The notes under the pieces were generated by a model. That model was given only the letters and a program-made list of their open reading frames with translations. It made no database searches and had not been told where the DNA came from. The position numbers and the translations under genes are program-made. From Octopus bimaculoides (lineage: Eukaryota), in the NCBI RefSeq assembly GCF_001194135.2, contig NC_068984.1, positions 74,386,515-74,434,789 of the forward strand: a stretch of DNA of 48,275 nt. The letters run 5' to 3'. This document shows, in pieces, positions 22,950 to 37,224 of the stretch. Numbering within the stretch: position 1 is the first letter of the stretch; every line of letters starts with the position of its first letter.

Positions 22950-24430
22950 GTCTGTGGCTTGGCGGTGGTTGTGTTGGTGGTAGGGGTAGTGATGAGGACA
23001 CTTACGATATATGCGTGATAGTGTTGGCCGTGGTGGTTGGGAAATAAGCAGTGTTACTGGTTGTGTGTCTCTGTGTGTATGTGTGTGTGTATGCGTGCGT
23101 GTTTGTGTATATGTGTGTATCTGCGTGCAGCGTGTGATGTTGGTCATGGTGGTGTTGGTGGTGTTGCTATGTTGGTGGTGAGGTGGGAGATGGCAATGTG
23201 TGCGTGTGTGTGTGTGTGTGGTGGTGTTAGTGATGCTAGCATTGGTGGTGGTGGTGGTGGTGTTGATGGGGAAGGCAGTGATGGGATTAATAGTTGTGAA
23301 TGTGGTGGTGTCTCTGTTGGCGTTGATGATGGTAGCAACGGTATGGGTGTGAGTAGAAGTGGCAGTAGCGCTGCCGTCCCATTTGGTTGTGGTTGTGGTG
23401 GCGGTGGTGCTGATAGGGATTATGGTGGTAGCAGTGATGATGGCTGCAGTGCTGGTATTGGTGGTTGTTAGTAGTGGTACTGGTGATGGTGACAACGGTT
23501 AGTGGCGGCGGTAGTGGTGTTAGTCGTTTTGGTTGTGGGTGCAGTGGTAGTATTGATGGTGGCGGTGTTGGTGGTTACCAGCCGTGGTGCTAGTGATGTA
23601 GATGATGTCGCCGATGCCGACGGTGGTGTCTGTTAGCGCCTAAGTGTGTATCAATGTGTGTTTACGTGGGTTACAATATATGTGAGTGCATGTNNNNNNN
23701 NNNNNNNNNNNNNNNNNNNNNNNNNNNNNNNNNNNNNNNNNNNNNNNNNNNNNNNNNNNNNNNNNNNNNNNNNNNNNNNNNNNNNNNNNNNNNNNNNNNN
23801 NNNNNNNNNNNNNNNNNNNNNNNNNNNNNNNNNNNNNNNNNNNNNNNNNNNNNNNNNNNNNNNNNNNNNNNNNNNNNNNNNNNNNNNNNNNNNNNNNNNN
23901 NNNNNNNNNNNNNNNNNNNNNNNNNNNNNNNNNNNNNNNNNNNNNNNNNNNNNNNNNNNNNNNNNNNNNNNNNNNNNNNNNNNNNNNNNNNNNNNNNNNN
24001 NNNNNNNNNNNNNNNNNNNNNNNNNNNNNNNNNNNNNNNNNNNNNNNNNNNNNNNTGGTGGTAGTGGTGGTGGTGTTGGTAGTGGTGGTAGTGGTGGTGT
24101 TTGTGTTGGGGGTGGTGGTGTTGGTGGTGGTGGTTGCGGTGGTGGTAGAGGTGGTGGTGCTGGTGATGCTGTGGTGGAGTTGGTTGTGAGCAGTGGTAGT
24201 GATACTGTGAGTAGTGGTATGAGTCAGTGCTGCTGGTGTGTGCGATGGTATTGTGGCATTGGCGTGAATGTTGTTAGTGGTGATGTTGGAGTGAATGATG
24301 GCACAATGCGAGTGGTGGGGACGGTGCTGAGAGATGTATTGTTGTTGTCGGTGGTGGTGGTGGTGGTGGTGGTGGTTGTGTGAGTTATGGTGGTGATAGT
24401 GGCATGGATTATAGCGGTATTGGTGGAGTC
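22950..24430. repeat. G/T-rich low-complexity region, (GGT)n / (GT)n
   Basis: Direct reading; produces the spurious Thr/His/Gly/Val-rich ORFs. Confidence 0.9.
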
Positions 24431-24439
24431 TTTCCATTC

Positions 24440-24600
24440 AGTTCAATCCCCAGTTGGCCTGTGCTCAAAAGCACATCAGCTATGAATGACCATCTTTTTA
24501 GGGGTACCTTGCATTGAATTAAGCCTCTTTTTCAAGATAGCACGGGGTGTGATTTGATGGAGATTTGGCAGCTATTTCTACCACTGTTAGCAACGTTGAA
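24440..24600 (+). mobile_element. Interspersed repeat (SINE-like), second copy at ~30100-30230
   Basis: Shared GTGTGATTTGA(T/G)GGAGATTT(G/A)G...TATTTCT preceded by a GACCATC/GTTATCATG segment. Confidence 0.45.
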
Positions 24601-24619
24601 AGTGATAGACTGGGCATGA

Positions 24620-24670
24620 CAGAGCCGTCTTAACGGAATACAGGTCCAGGAGCAATAGGAATATATGTCC

Positions 24671-24708
<38 letters not shown>

Positions 24709-24812
24709 TATACATTTATTGACAGCAAACTACATTGATGTAAGTTGGGCCCCCTAGACCTGTGAAGCTTCTGAGCAACTGCTCAGTGTGCCTACGTCTT
24801 AAGATGGCACTG
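24620..24812. mobile_element. Short TIR element (hAT-like MITE) carrying an internal (GATA)n
   Basis: Left CAGAGCCGTCTTAA, right TTAAGATGGCACTG (reverse complement CAGTGCCATCTTAA, 12/14); no clean 8-bp TSD. Confidence 0.55.
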
Positions 24813-26429
24813 GACATGGGCAATCTGGATCTAGATTTTTTTCATTCGCAAAATATGCATTTTTTAAAAGGAAGTAAAATATCTGAAAATCGGCTATAAT
24901 AATGTAGCCTTCCAGTCTCATTGCTTTGAAGGTTATGATGTTGTGGAGAAAAAAATTGGAGAAAAGAGTTACAGGAATTTAAAAATCGGAAAAACTGTGT
25001 ATTGTTAGCCAATAGCGAGACAGAAATTTTCTGCGTTTAGTAGAGCAATATCAACTTTAAGGTTGTACCCTATGGAGTTTTTTTTTAGTTTAGCGTCTGA
25101 TCTGTTCATTATAAGTTTCTAAATAAACAGAACTACCTAATTTCATTGTAGGTTTCTAAATAAACAGAGATAGCTAGGAAAATCAAAACGTATCATCTTA
25201 CTGTTTCTTTTGTCTCGTCATTGATTGTATGTTTTTATCATTTTTTTAAAATTCGGTATATTAATATATTTGCATGTTTACTTTATGCGTACTTCAGTAT
25301 TATGTATACCTGCCATGTATTTATGTACATNNNNNNNNNNNNNNNNNNNNNNNNNNNNNNNNNNNNNNNNNNNNNNNNNNNNNNNNNNNNNNNNNNNNNN
25401 NNNNNNNNNNNNNNNNNNNNNNNNNNNNNNNNNNNNNNNNNNNNNNNNNNNNNNNNNNNNNNNNNNNNNNNNNNNNNNNNNNNNNNNNNNNNNNNNNNNN
25501 NNNNNNNNNNNNNNNNNNNNNNNNNNNNNNNNNNNNNNNNNNNNNNNNNNNNNNNNNNNNNNNNNNNNNNNNNNNNNNNNNNNNNNNNNNNNNNNNNNNN
25601 NNNNNNNNNNNNNNNNNNNNNNNNNNNNNNNNNNNNNNNNNNNNNNNNNNNNNNNNNNNNNNNNNNNNNNNNNNNNNNNNNNNNNNNNNNNNNNNNNNNN
25701 AATGGGAAATTATCAGTATCACCCATAGTTTCTCTGTTCCGCTGTATCCCTCTCAGTTCCGGTTACGTGGGCTAAATTTCAGTTAAGCTGTTGAAATGTG
25801 AAGCTAACGGTTTCAGAAATACTCCTAATTAAAATGTTTATGAATAGAATTAATCAAGTGAAATCTAGCTATCTGAGTCAATGAGTCCCAAAAATATATG
25901 AAATGAAAAATATGTAAAAATATTAAGCGTGAAAAATCAACATAGACAACAGCGGTACAGACAACAACGAACCACAACACAGCGTGCGGTTGTCATGGTA
26001 AGAAGCTGCTAGTGCCACGCTGTCTGTTGATTAGCTAAAATTACCCAAGTTTCCCAACTTTAATTCCAAATAACATCAGGTTCTTTAATCTACGAGATAA
26101 AATAACTGGTTGATCGTAATCAAAATTCATAGTTGCATCGATACACCGAAATTGAAAGCAATCAGCAAAATTAAGGGGAGTTCATTTTGTGAATGAGAAT
26201 GACTAGATCATCAATCTTTTCGAAAAGCAGTTTGCACGAGACATGGTTCATCATCAGGCAGACCGCACTATTAAAAAATTGAAGGTAACTTTTCATTATT
26301 AGAAATTCCCGCAGCCTGCACATTATCTTTGACTGGTGATAGACATAGGGTAGTGTTAAATAAGTGGTTCCAAACTGGGAATCGTATGACCCTTGGCAGG
26401 GTCACATAAGATTTTGCGATTGAAGTTTA

Positions 26430-26852
26430 TGTGCTTGTGGATGTGTGGTAAAAAGCTTGCTTCCCAACCACATACTTCCGGGTTTAGTCTCATTGCATGG
26501 CACCTTGGGCAAGTGTCTCCTGCTGCCTCGAGCCGACCAAAACCTTGTGAGTGGATTTGCTAGACGGAATCTGAAATATGTATGTATGTATGTATGTATG
26601 TATGTTTGCATGTATGTATGTATGTGTGAATGTGTGTATGTATGTGTATGTATGTGTCTTTGTGCCTGTATTTGTCCCTAACCGGTGCTAGTATGTTTAC
26701 GTCCCCGTAAATTAAGGGTTCGACAAAATAATCCGATAGAATAAGTACTAGGCCTAAAAAAATAAGTCGATTTGTTCGACTAAAACCCTTCAAGGCAGTG
26801 CCCCAGCATGGCCGCAGCCAAATGACTGAAACAAGTAAAAGATAAAAGATAG
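26430..26852 (+). mobile_element. SINE family A, full-length copy with internal (TATG)n
   Basis: GTGTGGTAAAAAGCTTGCTTCCCAACCAC, GCACCTTGGGCAAGTGTC, SSR 26577-26660, GTCCCCGTAA...GATAGAATAAGTACTAGG...GACTGAAACAAGTAAAAGATAAAAGA. Confidence 0.9.
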
Positions 26853-27179
26853 AATATCTTAACAATCTTGTTATACAATTTCTAATAATATTTCATTATG
26901 ACAGTATAACAAGATCTTTTTTACTTAATTTTTGAGAGCGGTCGGGTTAATGTTTAATATTCTCGTTTGTAAGAGCAGTTGAGTTTATTTCAGATATTCT
27001 CATTCTAAAAATCATCTGCGGCTAATCGTTGAGAGGACGTTGGTGTTTCCTAGGCGGAGGTTTGCACTCGCTGAGTGCTCTTGTTATCTATGTATTCCGT
27101 GGCTTGCTGTCAATAAATAAATACTAATGGGTCCAGTACATTGATTTTGCCAAGGGCTAATAATCAGATGGCCCTCATT

Positions 27180-27395
27180 AGAGAGTGGATTGACAGAATC
27201 GTTAGAAGACCGGAATAAATGCCTTCTGTTTAGCTGGTTCTTTATGTTCTGAGTTCAAATCCCACCGAAGTGAACTTCACTTTTCATAATTTCGGGGGCG
27301 ATAAAACAATATACCATTTCATTACTAGGGCTTGATAAAACCAACTAGTCTCTTTTCAAATTCACTTTGTTTGCGCCTGGTTTAGATACAATATT
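27180..27395 (+). mobile_element. Meta-domain-like SINE, degenerate
   Basis: TGACAGAATCGTTAG, TTCTGAGTTCAAATCC, TTTCGGGGGCGATAAAA. Confidence 0.6.
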
Positions 27396-27459
27396 TGAGA
27401 GCACATTAACGATGGATAGTTGAGAAACACTTAGCTGTTATTTCTAGCAAGTACAGCGG

Positions 27460-27910
27460 CTACGATGGTATCGGTGGTGGTGGTGGTAATAGTTAGATGG
27501 AAGACATATCGAGGTGAGAGGAAATTGGAGGATAGTGGTATTTGTGTTCGAAGGTGGGGGATGGAGACGGCAGAAAGACGTGTGGGGCACGGACGAAAAT
27601 TTAACTCTGACATTGTTACAGATATCGCCCGTTTTCACACCGTTACCACCCGACACTCCAGCCTCTCATCAGTCATATACAAATCAGCTGGTGGTGGTGG
27701 TGGTAGCAGCGGTGATAGTCGCGGTCGTAGTGAGCGTGCTGCTACTGTTGCTATTGCAGCTACTGCTGCTGCTGCTGCTGCTGCTATTGATTATGACGAC
27801 AACGACAACGATGGTATTGGTAGTGGTGTCGGTGGTGTTAACAGGGGTTGTGGTGGGACGAATGTGTTGATGTTGCTAGAGGTGTTAGCGTTGGTAGTGG
27901 TAATGGTGAT
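27460..27910. repeat. (GGT)/(GCT)/(GAC) trinucleotide low-complexity tract
   Basis: Direct reading. Confidence 0.8.
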
Positions 27911-28411
27911 TTGTTTATGATTCATTCGTTTGTATTTGGCGGCAGGGTGACTAGATGTCTGATGTGTTGGGACGCTGGCTAGCTGTGACAGTGTCTTAGC
28001 ATCTCTCTTCTTCCTCTCTTCCTTTCTTTCGTCCCCTTCTTGATTTGTCCCCTTTCGTTTGCCCAATTTTCTCTTCCGCCCTCTTTCTCTTCCTTACATC
28101 GCTATGGGTCTTATTTGTATATATATTTCTTTGTTATTGATTTCCTTTTTCTTGCGAACATCCATTCGTATGTCAGCAAATATTGTGACACCTCCCATGA
28201 TTTACAACACCAGCAACAGCATCAATAACAACAGCCATCAGTAAAGTCAAGCAAGAGAAACTAACAACACGTACTACTGATTTTCAGTAGGTGTTAATAT
28301 ATACGCGTATAAAAGGGTTTATACACGCCTGTAGAACTATGCTTCTCTTTCACTCTCTTGCTCTCTCTTTCTCTGTCTCCCTCTCTCTTCATCCCACTAT
28401 CTATCATCTGT

Positions 28412-28452
<41 letters not shown>

Positions 28453-28600
28453 CATCTATCTGTCTGTCTATCTATCTATCTATCTATCTATAAATCTGTA
28501 TGTATGTATGCGTGCATTTACGNNNNNNNNNNNNNNNNNNNNNTCTATCTATCTATCTATCTATAAATCTGTATGTATGTATGCGTGCATGTACGTACGT

Positions 28601-28637
<37 letters not shown>

Positions 28638-31282
28638 TGTGCTGCGTGCGTGCGAGTATGTCTTTGTATTGGTGGAGAAAAAAGAGGAGAAAGTGGGGGT
28701 GGAAAGAGAGAACTTGTATTTTCAACAATCGAACGCTCTATATATTCAATTTGTTTCATCTTCAACCGTAACTCATCATGCAAATACCAAATTTCCGTTA
28801 TTTTGAATGATTAGACAAAAATCACTATCTTAACTGTTTCATGTTAAGAAAAGTAGTGGAATCGAAGTCGGAATTGAAAATAATTGAAATTAATTAAATG
28901 AATAAAACAATGAAGAGCCTGAGTTTTATCACGAAGGTTACGTTTCCAAATATGTATCTGTATGATAAGATTTTATCAGCAGAAAAGCATAATCCAACTG
29001 CTTATTAGTTTGCTTCGTTATTTTACGTTCGTTTATCTCAAAATTTACGTCTGAACGCAATTTCATACAGATATTAGCAGTAGGAAAAATTCCGCTATAA
29101 TCAGTTGGATACGTATGAGGTTGATGTTAGTAAATATCGGGGTGGTGTTGAGTAAGCTCCTAATTTAAATTGCCATTTAAATTGCCATCCGCATGATACA
29201 GTGTTCAGCTAGAGCGACATCAACCTACGATAACGGAATCGCGAATAGCAAGCGTTTGTCAACCACTTTCATATATGAAACTCTCAGCAAAAACAAATTT
29301 CTTTTCATTGTTTTCTATTGTTTTATCCGTACCTTTTTATTATCTTTCTGTTGTTTATTTTCATTGGCCAGTTCATCTTTTATTTTCCCTCTGTTGATTG
29401 ATTGCATCACCAGATGCAATCAATCATTAAATTACTGTTCTTAAATTACTGTTCTTTTAGTATTTGTATTAGTTCTCTGATGGAGGCTATGTTGTACCAC
29501 TAAATTTTCTTACTCTACGGTCGTTTCCTTCGTATCTGATATCACTGAATTTTCACTGCTTTTTCATTGATTAATTTATTGGATTTTTGCTTTTCCCGAT
29601 TGATCTAAATTTTCATTGTGATACAGACGATTTTCCGCAACCATAGTGCCATCTCCATTGTTATTTGGTCATTAGATACTTATTTAGTTTGAAATTAGTA
29701 CCAGTTTTAAAAATGAATATTATCTGGTGTCTGTAATCAGATATCACATCATTTCTTCCATCAAGCAATATGTATTGCGCAATTTTGCTGAATTGCGTGA
29801 AATGCATAGATGTTTATATAAGGAATCGCAGTGTTGCTCATTTTATAAAAACTTTCCCCTTAGGTACCAAATATGTTTCGATAGACACGTAGCGTTCTTT
29901 CTACGTGTATATTATAGTGCAAATAATTGTGTTGTGTATGTCTGGTTTTGAAAGTCCCACTTTAATACAATACAGTTATGTTTTTCCATTTTGTTTTATC
30001 GTTACTATGTCGATTACTTTTTATCAATTTCCACTTAACGGACATCGTTTTGATCAGTTGCAAGTACGTCCATTTGGAGCTGGGTGTTTACATCACCTGA
30101 TTTTGGTCTCTTAATCAAGAGTTACTCGACGATAAAAGGAATTCCAACTGTAGTTATCATGTTGTTCTTCCTGAAATGTGTGATTTGAGGGAGATTTAGA
30201 TGTTATTTCTCGTACACTAGCTTTGAGGTTCAATTTTCATTTCCAGTCAAATTATATTGAAGATGATGTTACTGCTGATTTTAAATATATTTGACTCTTA
30301 ACATTCTGTTTCTTTGAATAATCATTAAGTGGCTTTTGGTTGTCTTGGGTTGCATAATCAGTGTGTTAATATTAGCTTTTTAGTTTTAATAAATATTCAT
30401 AGTCACTGATACTCACTTCAGTTCGAAGCAAATATCTATTTATTAAAAGCTCAAATTACAGTGTGAAATTGACATACACGCAGAATAACACATCTATATG
30501 CTCTGTGTATACATACGCAGACTCAAATATACATGAGTCAATAAGTATGTATATCTATGTGTGTGAATATTTGTGTCGATATATGTATTTAAGTATACAT
30601 ATGTATGTAAATATATATAAAGTTGAGAGAGTTTTATTGAATATCGTACATAACACACTACAAAGAGAAAGAAAACAATGTCTTAGTGGCAATTGCTAGC
30701 AACTCTGAAGAGAAAGGGGAGGTAATATCAAGAAATCAAGAACAAAATCTTGATAGAATTTAGGGAAACAAATTTGCTTTGAGGCAAAGGACATCTATGG
30801 ACATATAGCTTCGGTCGTGATTTTACATCATCAACATAGTGTATGAAACTTCGTCTCTAGACCAGGTTTGAAATTTTTAGACTTACGAAAACGTTTAGTA
30901 CAAGAGTAAATTGCAAACATAAAGTAAAACGATATTAGAGAAAATAACACAGATGAGGCAATGGCATGTTAATTCAATTTTCGATTTTAAGTTCGTAAAT
31001 TATCTCCCCTTCTCCTACGAAGTTGCTAAAATTTTTCTTTTCGTTCTCAAAGAGAAGTTTCAATAAATAAGGATTTTTTCTGCTAATCAGTTTACTTCAT
31101 CATATTAGTTAAATGCCTGGGCATCTTTGAATTATGTTCCTGTAGTGCTTTTGAGTCTTAACAATATTTTTTATAAAACTCCTTCTTTACGTCTATATAA
31201 GCCATGTTTATCCAAGAGACTAACCAAATGCGCCTTATTCTAATCAGTCCACTGATGCTACTTCATTATGTATGTATGTATG

Positions 31283-31316
<34 letters not shown>

Positions 31317-31730
31317 TGTATGTATGTATGTATGTATGTATGTATGTATGGGATCATTGAAGAGCTAGCATCAAACTTCAGAATTGAGAACTCTAACAGT
31401 TACTTAAATGTTTGTCACCGCATATACCTAAGCAAAAACTCGGGTAGAGACAAGCATTAGCTTGTATTAAACAGCACGCACCTTTCTAATCTTGGGCATA
31501 GGACTTGAGAAGTATAAATGGATTGGAGGCAGACGTGTTCCATTAACACTTGGATGTCCTAAAATCTGAGAACTCAGATGAACCAATATCAACTGAAGGG
31601 ACAACTGGATGGAAAGACAAAAGGAGATTGCAATGTTAGTAGCAGTACCATAGGTGGTGGCCGACCGTAACTGTCACACTTGCTAAAACTAGAAAAACAA
31701 ATGTAAATATTTAAATACATACATACAAGC

Positions 31731-31834
<104 letters not shown>

Positions 31835-33041
31835 GTATAGACACACATACAATCACGCGCACACACACATAGATGTACATATATATGATGAGAACTTGTG
31901 TGTATGTGCTTATATGTGTATGTGGTTTTAAAACTTTATTAACTTCATTCTGTTTAACTGTTTCTTTACAACCCCATTAAAAAGTAATAAAAATGTATTG
32001 TGATTAAATATGGACATTAGGTAAGCAATAAAACTACTTCTAGTTATCTAATGGCAGAGGCAAGTCTCTATCATACACACACACAATATATATATATAAA
32101 GTACGTATACATATGCATACATATACATATACATGTATATGTATATACACATATACACATATATACACACAGACACACACACATATATAAGTAATGGTGT
32201 CTCTGTGTGTTTGTACGTTCATGTATATAAATGTGTATGTTTGCTTGTGTTCTGTTAACCTTGAAAGACCACATGAAAAAAGAGCTATACATGGTGTTTG
32301 TGTGCATATAGCCTCGCTCGAGCAATAGTGTCCTTCATGCTCACCGGTGTCCACATATGTTCATAGAGTTCAAAATCCATTTGAAACCAATGCACAATGG
32401 TGCAGTCATTGTTGCTGATGTCCCTGGCCAAATTTCGAGTGACATTTATAAAAAAACAAAAAATACTTGAAAAACAAGTCGGGGTTGTAGAGTGATGTCA
32501 AGATTCGTCGTAGAGAAGCGTTACAAAACTGATAAAGGACAACTGCTGAAATTGGCCTTTAAAAATTCATGACCGAGGCTGAATCGACAGCCAGGATATG
32601 GGTACATGCATGTGTATGTGTGCTTGTGTGTGAGTGTTTGAGTATGTGTGTGTAGTATATATATATATATATATATATAAACAATAAATTAAATTGATAA
32701 TCCAATAATTTACTTATATTATGAAATATCATAATATACTATGAATGTAATATCATATAAGATAACATAAAAAAATCATTAAAAAACCAAAAGAGCTAAC
32801 AATTTCTTTCGTCTTATATTCATTATTTTATTTATAAACAATTCAGTTCACTTATATAAGTCTCATCAGGGCTATGGTTTAAAGATATAAGTGGATTGAA
32901 TTGTTTATAGATCAAGTAGAGTAGGGAATTGTGGGGCTGTGTGCGCGTGGTGGTGTGTTGTGATGTGATGTGTTGTGTGGTATGGTGTGATGGTGTTGGG
33001 AGGTGAGGGAGGCGAGAGTGGGGAAAGCAAGTGTGTGTGGG

Positions 33042-33134
<93 letters not shown>

Positions 33135-33137
33135 TAA

Positions 33138-35428
33138 ATAATAATTGGCCCTTTTTGTCTATGCAGACGGTCAATTTAGCTTAGAGGTCACTTAATCGAA
33201 CATATCAGGGGCTCCTTTCCTTGCAGCTTCTTTCATACCTGATTCTTCCTATGATTGAAGCGCAGTTTCTGTCGCAGTACTTGCATACCGAGAGGGTGAC
33301 GTGGCGTTCTCCATTTCTGTTGTTTTCCTGATGCTTCTCAACTTGTTTGTTTCTGTAGCTGCTCTCTAGCGAAGCAGTTCCTTCCTTCACCACATTCCTC
33401 CATGTTGTTCTGTCCTCAGCCCTCTCTTCCTAGGTGCCGACATCCACCTCACACTTGGACAAACTAGTTTTACAAGTGTCCTTATACCTCAGTTTTGGTC
33501 TTCCTCTTGGTCTCTTGCCCTGGGTCAGTTCTCTATAGAGCAATTGCTTCGAGATTCGATGGTCATCCATTCCCTTGACATGCCCCAACCAACTCAGTCT
33601 TCTTATACATAAGAAAGCTGTCATACTTTGAAGATTCACCTAGGCCAGTACTTCAACACTGGTGACCTTGTCACGCCATGTTATGCCTAAGATCTTGCGG
33701 AGGCATCTGAAATGGAAAATGCAGTGGCATTTTTCGTGTCTGCTGTACAAGATCCATGTTTCAGATCCATAGAGGAGTGTACTGAGAAAACATGCTTCAT
33801 AAATCCTGGTCTTTGTCTTTATGTCTAATCTTTTGTTCTGCCATACTCGTTTTGTCAGCCTTCCAAAAGTTGTTGCTGCCTTCCCTATCCTGACGTTAAC
33901 CTCATCATCAAGTGAAGCAGTAGAGGAAATGGTAGACTCTAGATAGCAGAACCAGTCCACTCTCTTTGTCATCAAGCTTGATATGGCCTTTCACTGCGCC
34001 CTCCTGAGTGAGGATGACTGTCTTCTTTACACTGATGACCAAACCGAAGGCCTTGCATGCTAATGATAGGTGGTCCATCATTATTTATAGAGTTACTTGA
34101 CAGTGAGCAAGTAATGCCGCATCGTCGGCGAAGAGAAAATCTCTTATTGTTGCTCTGTTGATCTTGTCCCGAAGTCTAGAAAGACCAAAGAGTGACCTAT
34201 CAGTTCTTCAACAAAGGTAGACATCTCTCGGCGACTCTTGAAATGCATACTGCAGCAATACAGCAAAGAAAACGCTGAAAAGGATTGGTACTAAGACACA
34301 ACCTTGTTTTAATCCGCTGTTGATGTTGAAGCTATCTGATATCAAACCGTGAAACTGAATGGTGGCCTTCATATCATCATGGAACGAAACAATGAGCTGC
34401 AGCAGTATTGGGGGACAGCCACATTTTCCAAGCACCATGTACAGTCATGATCTGCTGACTGTATCAAATGCCTTTGTCAGATCGATAAATGCTATATATA
34501 GTAGTAATTGATGCTCCCGGAAATTTTCTTGCAGTTGACGAATGGAGAAGATCGTATCCATTGTTGAGAGGTTAGATCTAAAACTGCACTGGCTCTCTGG
34601 TAGTGCTCTTTCTGCTGGGTTCTCAAGTCGTTTCAAAATGATCCTCACAATAGCTTTTCCAGTGATGCTCAGAAGTGAGATGCCTCTGTAGTTATTACAA
34701 TCTCCCTTGTCCCCTTTATTTTTGTAGAGAGTGATGATCTTGGGATCTCTCATATCCTGTGGAATTTTCACTTCCAGCCAACACATCTTTAGTAACTTGT
34801 ATAAATGTGGAAGGAGGACATCTTTGTTCTCTTTCAACACTTCAGCAGGTATATTTTCATTTCCGGGTGCTTTTCCTCCTTCAAGTTCATCGATTGCAGT
34901 GGAGAGTTCTTCTTCCGTTGGTGGTATATCAAGTTCTGTCATTTCGGGGAGCTGAGGAATGGCCTCATCAAGCTATCAACATCTCGCTCCTTTGTGTACA
35001 ATTGAGAGTAATGTTCCACCCGTCTTTCCATTTGTTTCTTCTTGTCTGTCAGCTGGTCACCTGTTGCAGACTTGAGAGATGCCACTTTACTCACTGTTGG
35101 TCCGATCGTAACTCTAATCTTCTCATACATTTTCCTGATGTTACCCATGTCACTCGCCTATTGAATTTCTAAGCATAATCTATCCCTGTACTGGTTGGCA
35201 CATTTTCTAGTTTCTTTTTGAAGGTTGGATTTTGCAGCACGTAGCTGTTGTTTTGTACTTTCTGTTGGCTTTTAATTGTGTTTTATGAAGATCTTGGGCT
35301 TTTTCTCAAGTAATGGCATTCGTATTGATGCACTGGCTTCGATCCCGTCCTCCTTGAAAAGTCGATCCGTTCCAAAGGCACTCGGCGCAGAATAATCATA
35401 TATTGCTGATTTCATGTTCGGATCGACT
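33138..35428 (-). mobile_element. 5'-truncated RTE-clade LINE (RT pseudogene, ~2.3 kb)
   Basis: Minus strand: linker (PNMKSAIYD...MGNIRKMYEKI...VEHYSQLY), NYRGISLLS, LPESQCSFR, AFIDLTKAFDTV, GLKQGCVLVPILF, DFLFADDAALL, RRLSWLGHV, GKRPRGRPKLRYKD, C-terminal CKYCDRNCAS; short GGGCCAATTATTATT tail; many stops and frameshifts. Confidence 0.95.
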
Positions 35429-35467
35429 ATATATATGTATATATATATATATATATATATAGATGGG

Positions 35468-35557
<90 letters not shown>

Positions 35558-35986
35558 GAGGTATGTATATATTTTTGTAGGGTAGGGATAATAGGGCAAC
35601 CAATGATGAATTTGTTATTTTTTAAACGCAAGGGTCAGAAAGTAAGTGGTAGGAAGAAGTGATAACATTACGTAACAGTCACAATCTGTAGGAAATATCA
35701 ACCAATGTATTAATGTAATATATTAATGTCTTTTCTGAGATGTGAGATTGGCGTCTCACCTGCTATATTGGAATCTAGATCTAAGCTCAACTTCTTTACA
35801 CGACGCGTTTGAATTTTAGATTCACTTACGCACACAAACATGCATGCGTACACACACACACACGCACACACATACACACACACACAAGCACACATGCGCA
35901 CAGACAAACACATGCACGCATATAGACACGCGCATACATACACACACACGCTGGCACACACACACACGCTGGCACACACACACACA

Positions 35987-37224
35987 TAGTTGAGTCAAAA
36001 TTATTTTCGTATATCAAGTTTAAATTAATAGTGCAAGCAAATTACTAACGAAAGGCGTTTATTCATCAAAATATACCCCACCATATTATATTGCCTGTCA
36101 CCATAATTGTACCAGAAGCTCACTTCCACGCGTATACCATTTGGATGGTACAGATGTGAAAATATCTCTTTGTAAGCGTTCTTAATCTCATCCACATTGT
36201 TGAGCTTCTATCCGTGCAGAAATGAGCCATGGATTGGAAAAGCTGGTAATCCGATGGTATAAGGTCTTGAGTGTAGGTAGAGCTAAGGCAGCACTTAAGG
36301 AAAGGTTTCATAGCCGTAGGAGTATGCTTTCAGCTGAGCAATATGTGCATTGTGAACTGGGGCGTTTTCTTGGAGGAGACGGATTTCTTTGATCAGCATG
36401 CCACGCCTCTTTGCTTTGATAGCGTCCTGCAATTTCTGCAGCAGAGAAGCATAATATGTTCCGTTAATTCTTTGCTAGAAATTCCATTATCACTACCCCG
36501 CGCTGGTCCCAAAAGACTGAGCATCACCTTGCCTTCTTTGGAGGTGGTGAGTTATTGTGCTTCCATTGCTTCGAATGGACTTTCATCTCAGGATCATAGT
36601 GATGACCCATGTTTAATCCTGTGTGATAAGTCTGCCGGAAAAGTCTTCCTCGTTTTCTTGACACATTGCCAAAACAGCCTGAGAGCAATTGACTCGTTCT
36701 TGCTTCTGAATCCATTGTGCAGACGACTTCCGCATGTGCAAATGGTCGAGAATAACTTTTTCCATGGACCCTACACTTATCTTCACTATTTGGGCTAGTT
36801 ACCTAATAATTGTGTGGTGATCCTTCAAAATGGCGGCTTTCACTTTATGGAAGGTGTCGTCATCAATGGCAGAATGTGGTCATCCAGGAATAGGAGCAGT
36901 TTCCATCGATGTCCGAGCACATTTGAACTTACAATGCCAGTGCTTGACTACGTCGTATGATGGTGCATCGTCACCATAAACTTCTATCATTTCATCGAAA
37001 GTATCTTTTGGTGTACGACCTTTCAAGGATAAGAACCTGTTCACTGATCTGCATTCAAATGCCTACATTATAACTACTTCAGCAGCCGTAAAAGAGAAAC
37101 GAATACTAGTGGGAAGCTGAAATTTACAATGACATGTAGAGACATGTATGATTATACCTGTACAAGTTCCGTTTCCTGCAATAACCGGAAGTGGGTTAGG
37201 GGAAATCCTTAATGAACACTCCTC

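Noticed and set aside
28470-28592. Duplicated TCTATCTATAAATCTGTATGTATGTATGCGTGCAT across a short gap
   Set aside because: Same assembly-overlap artefact within an SSR
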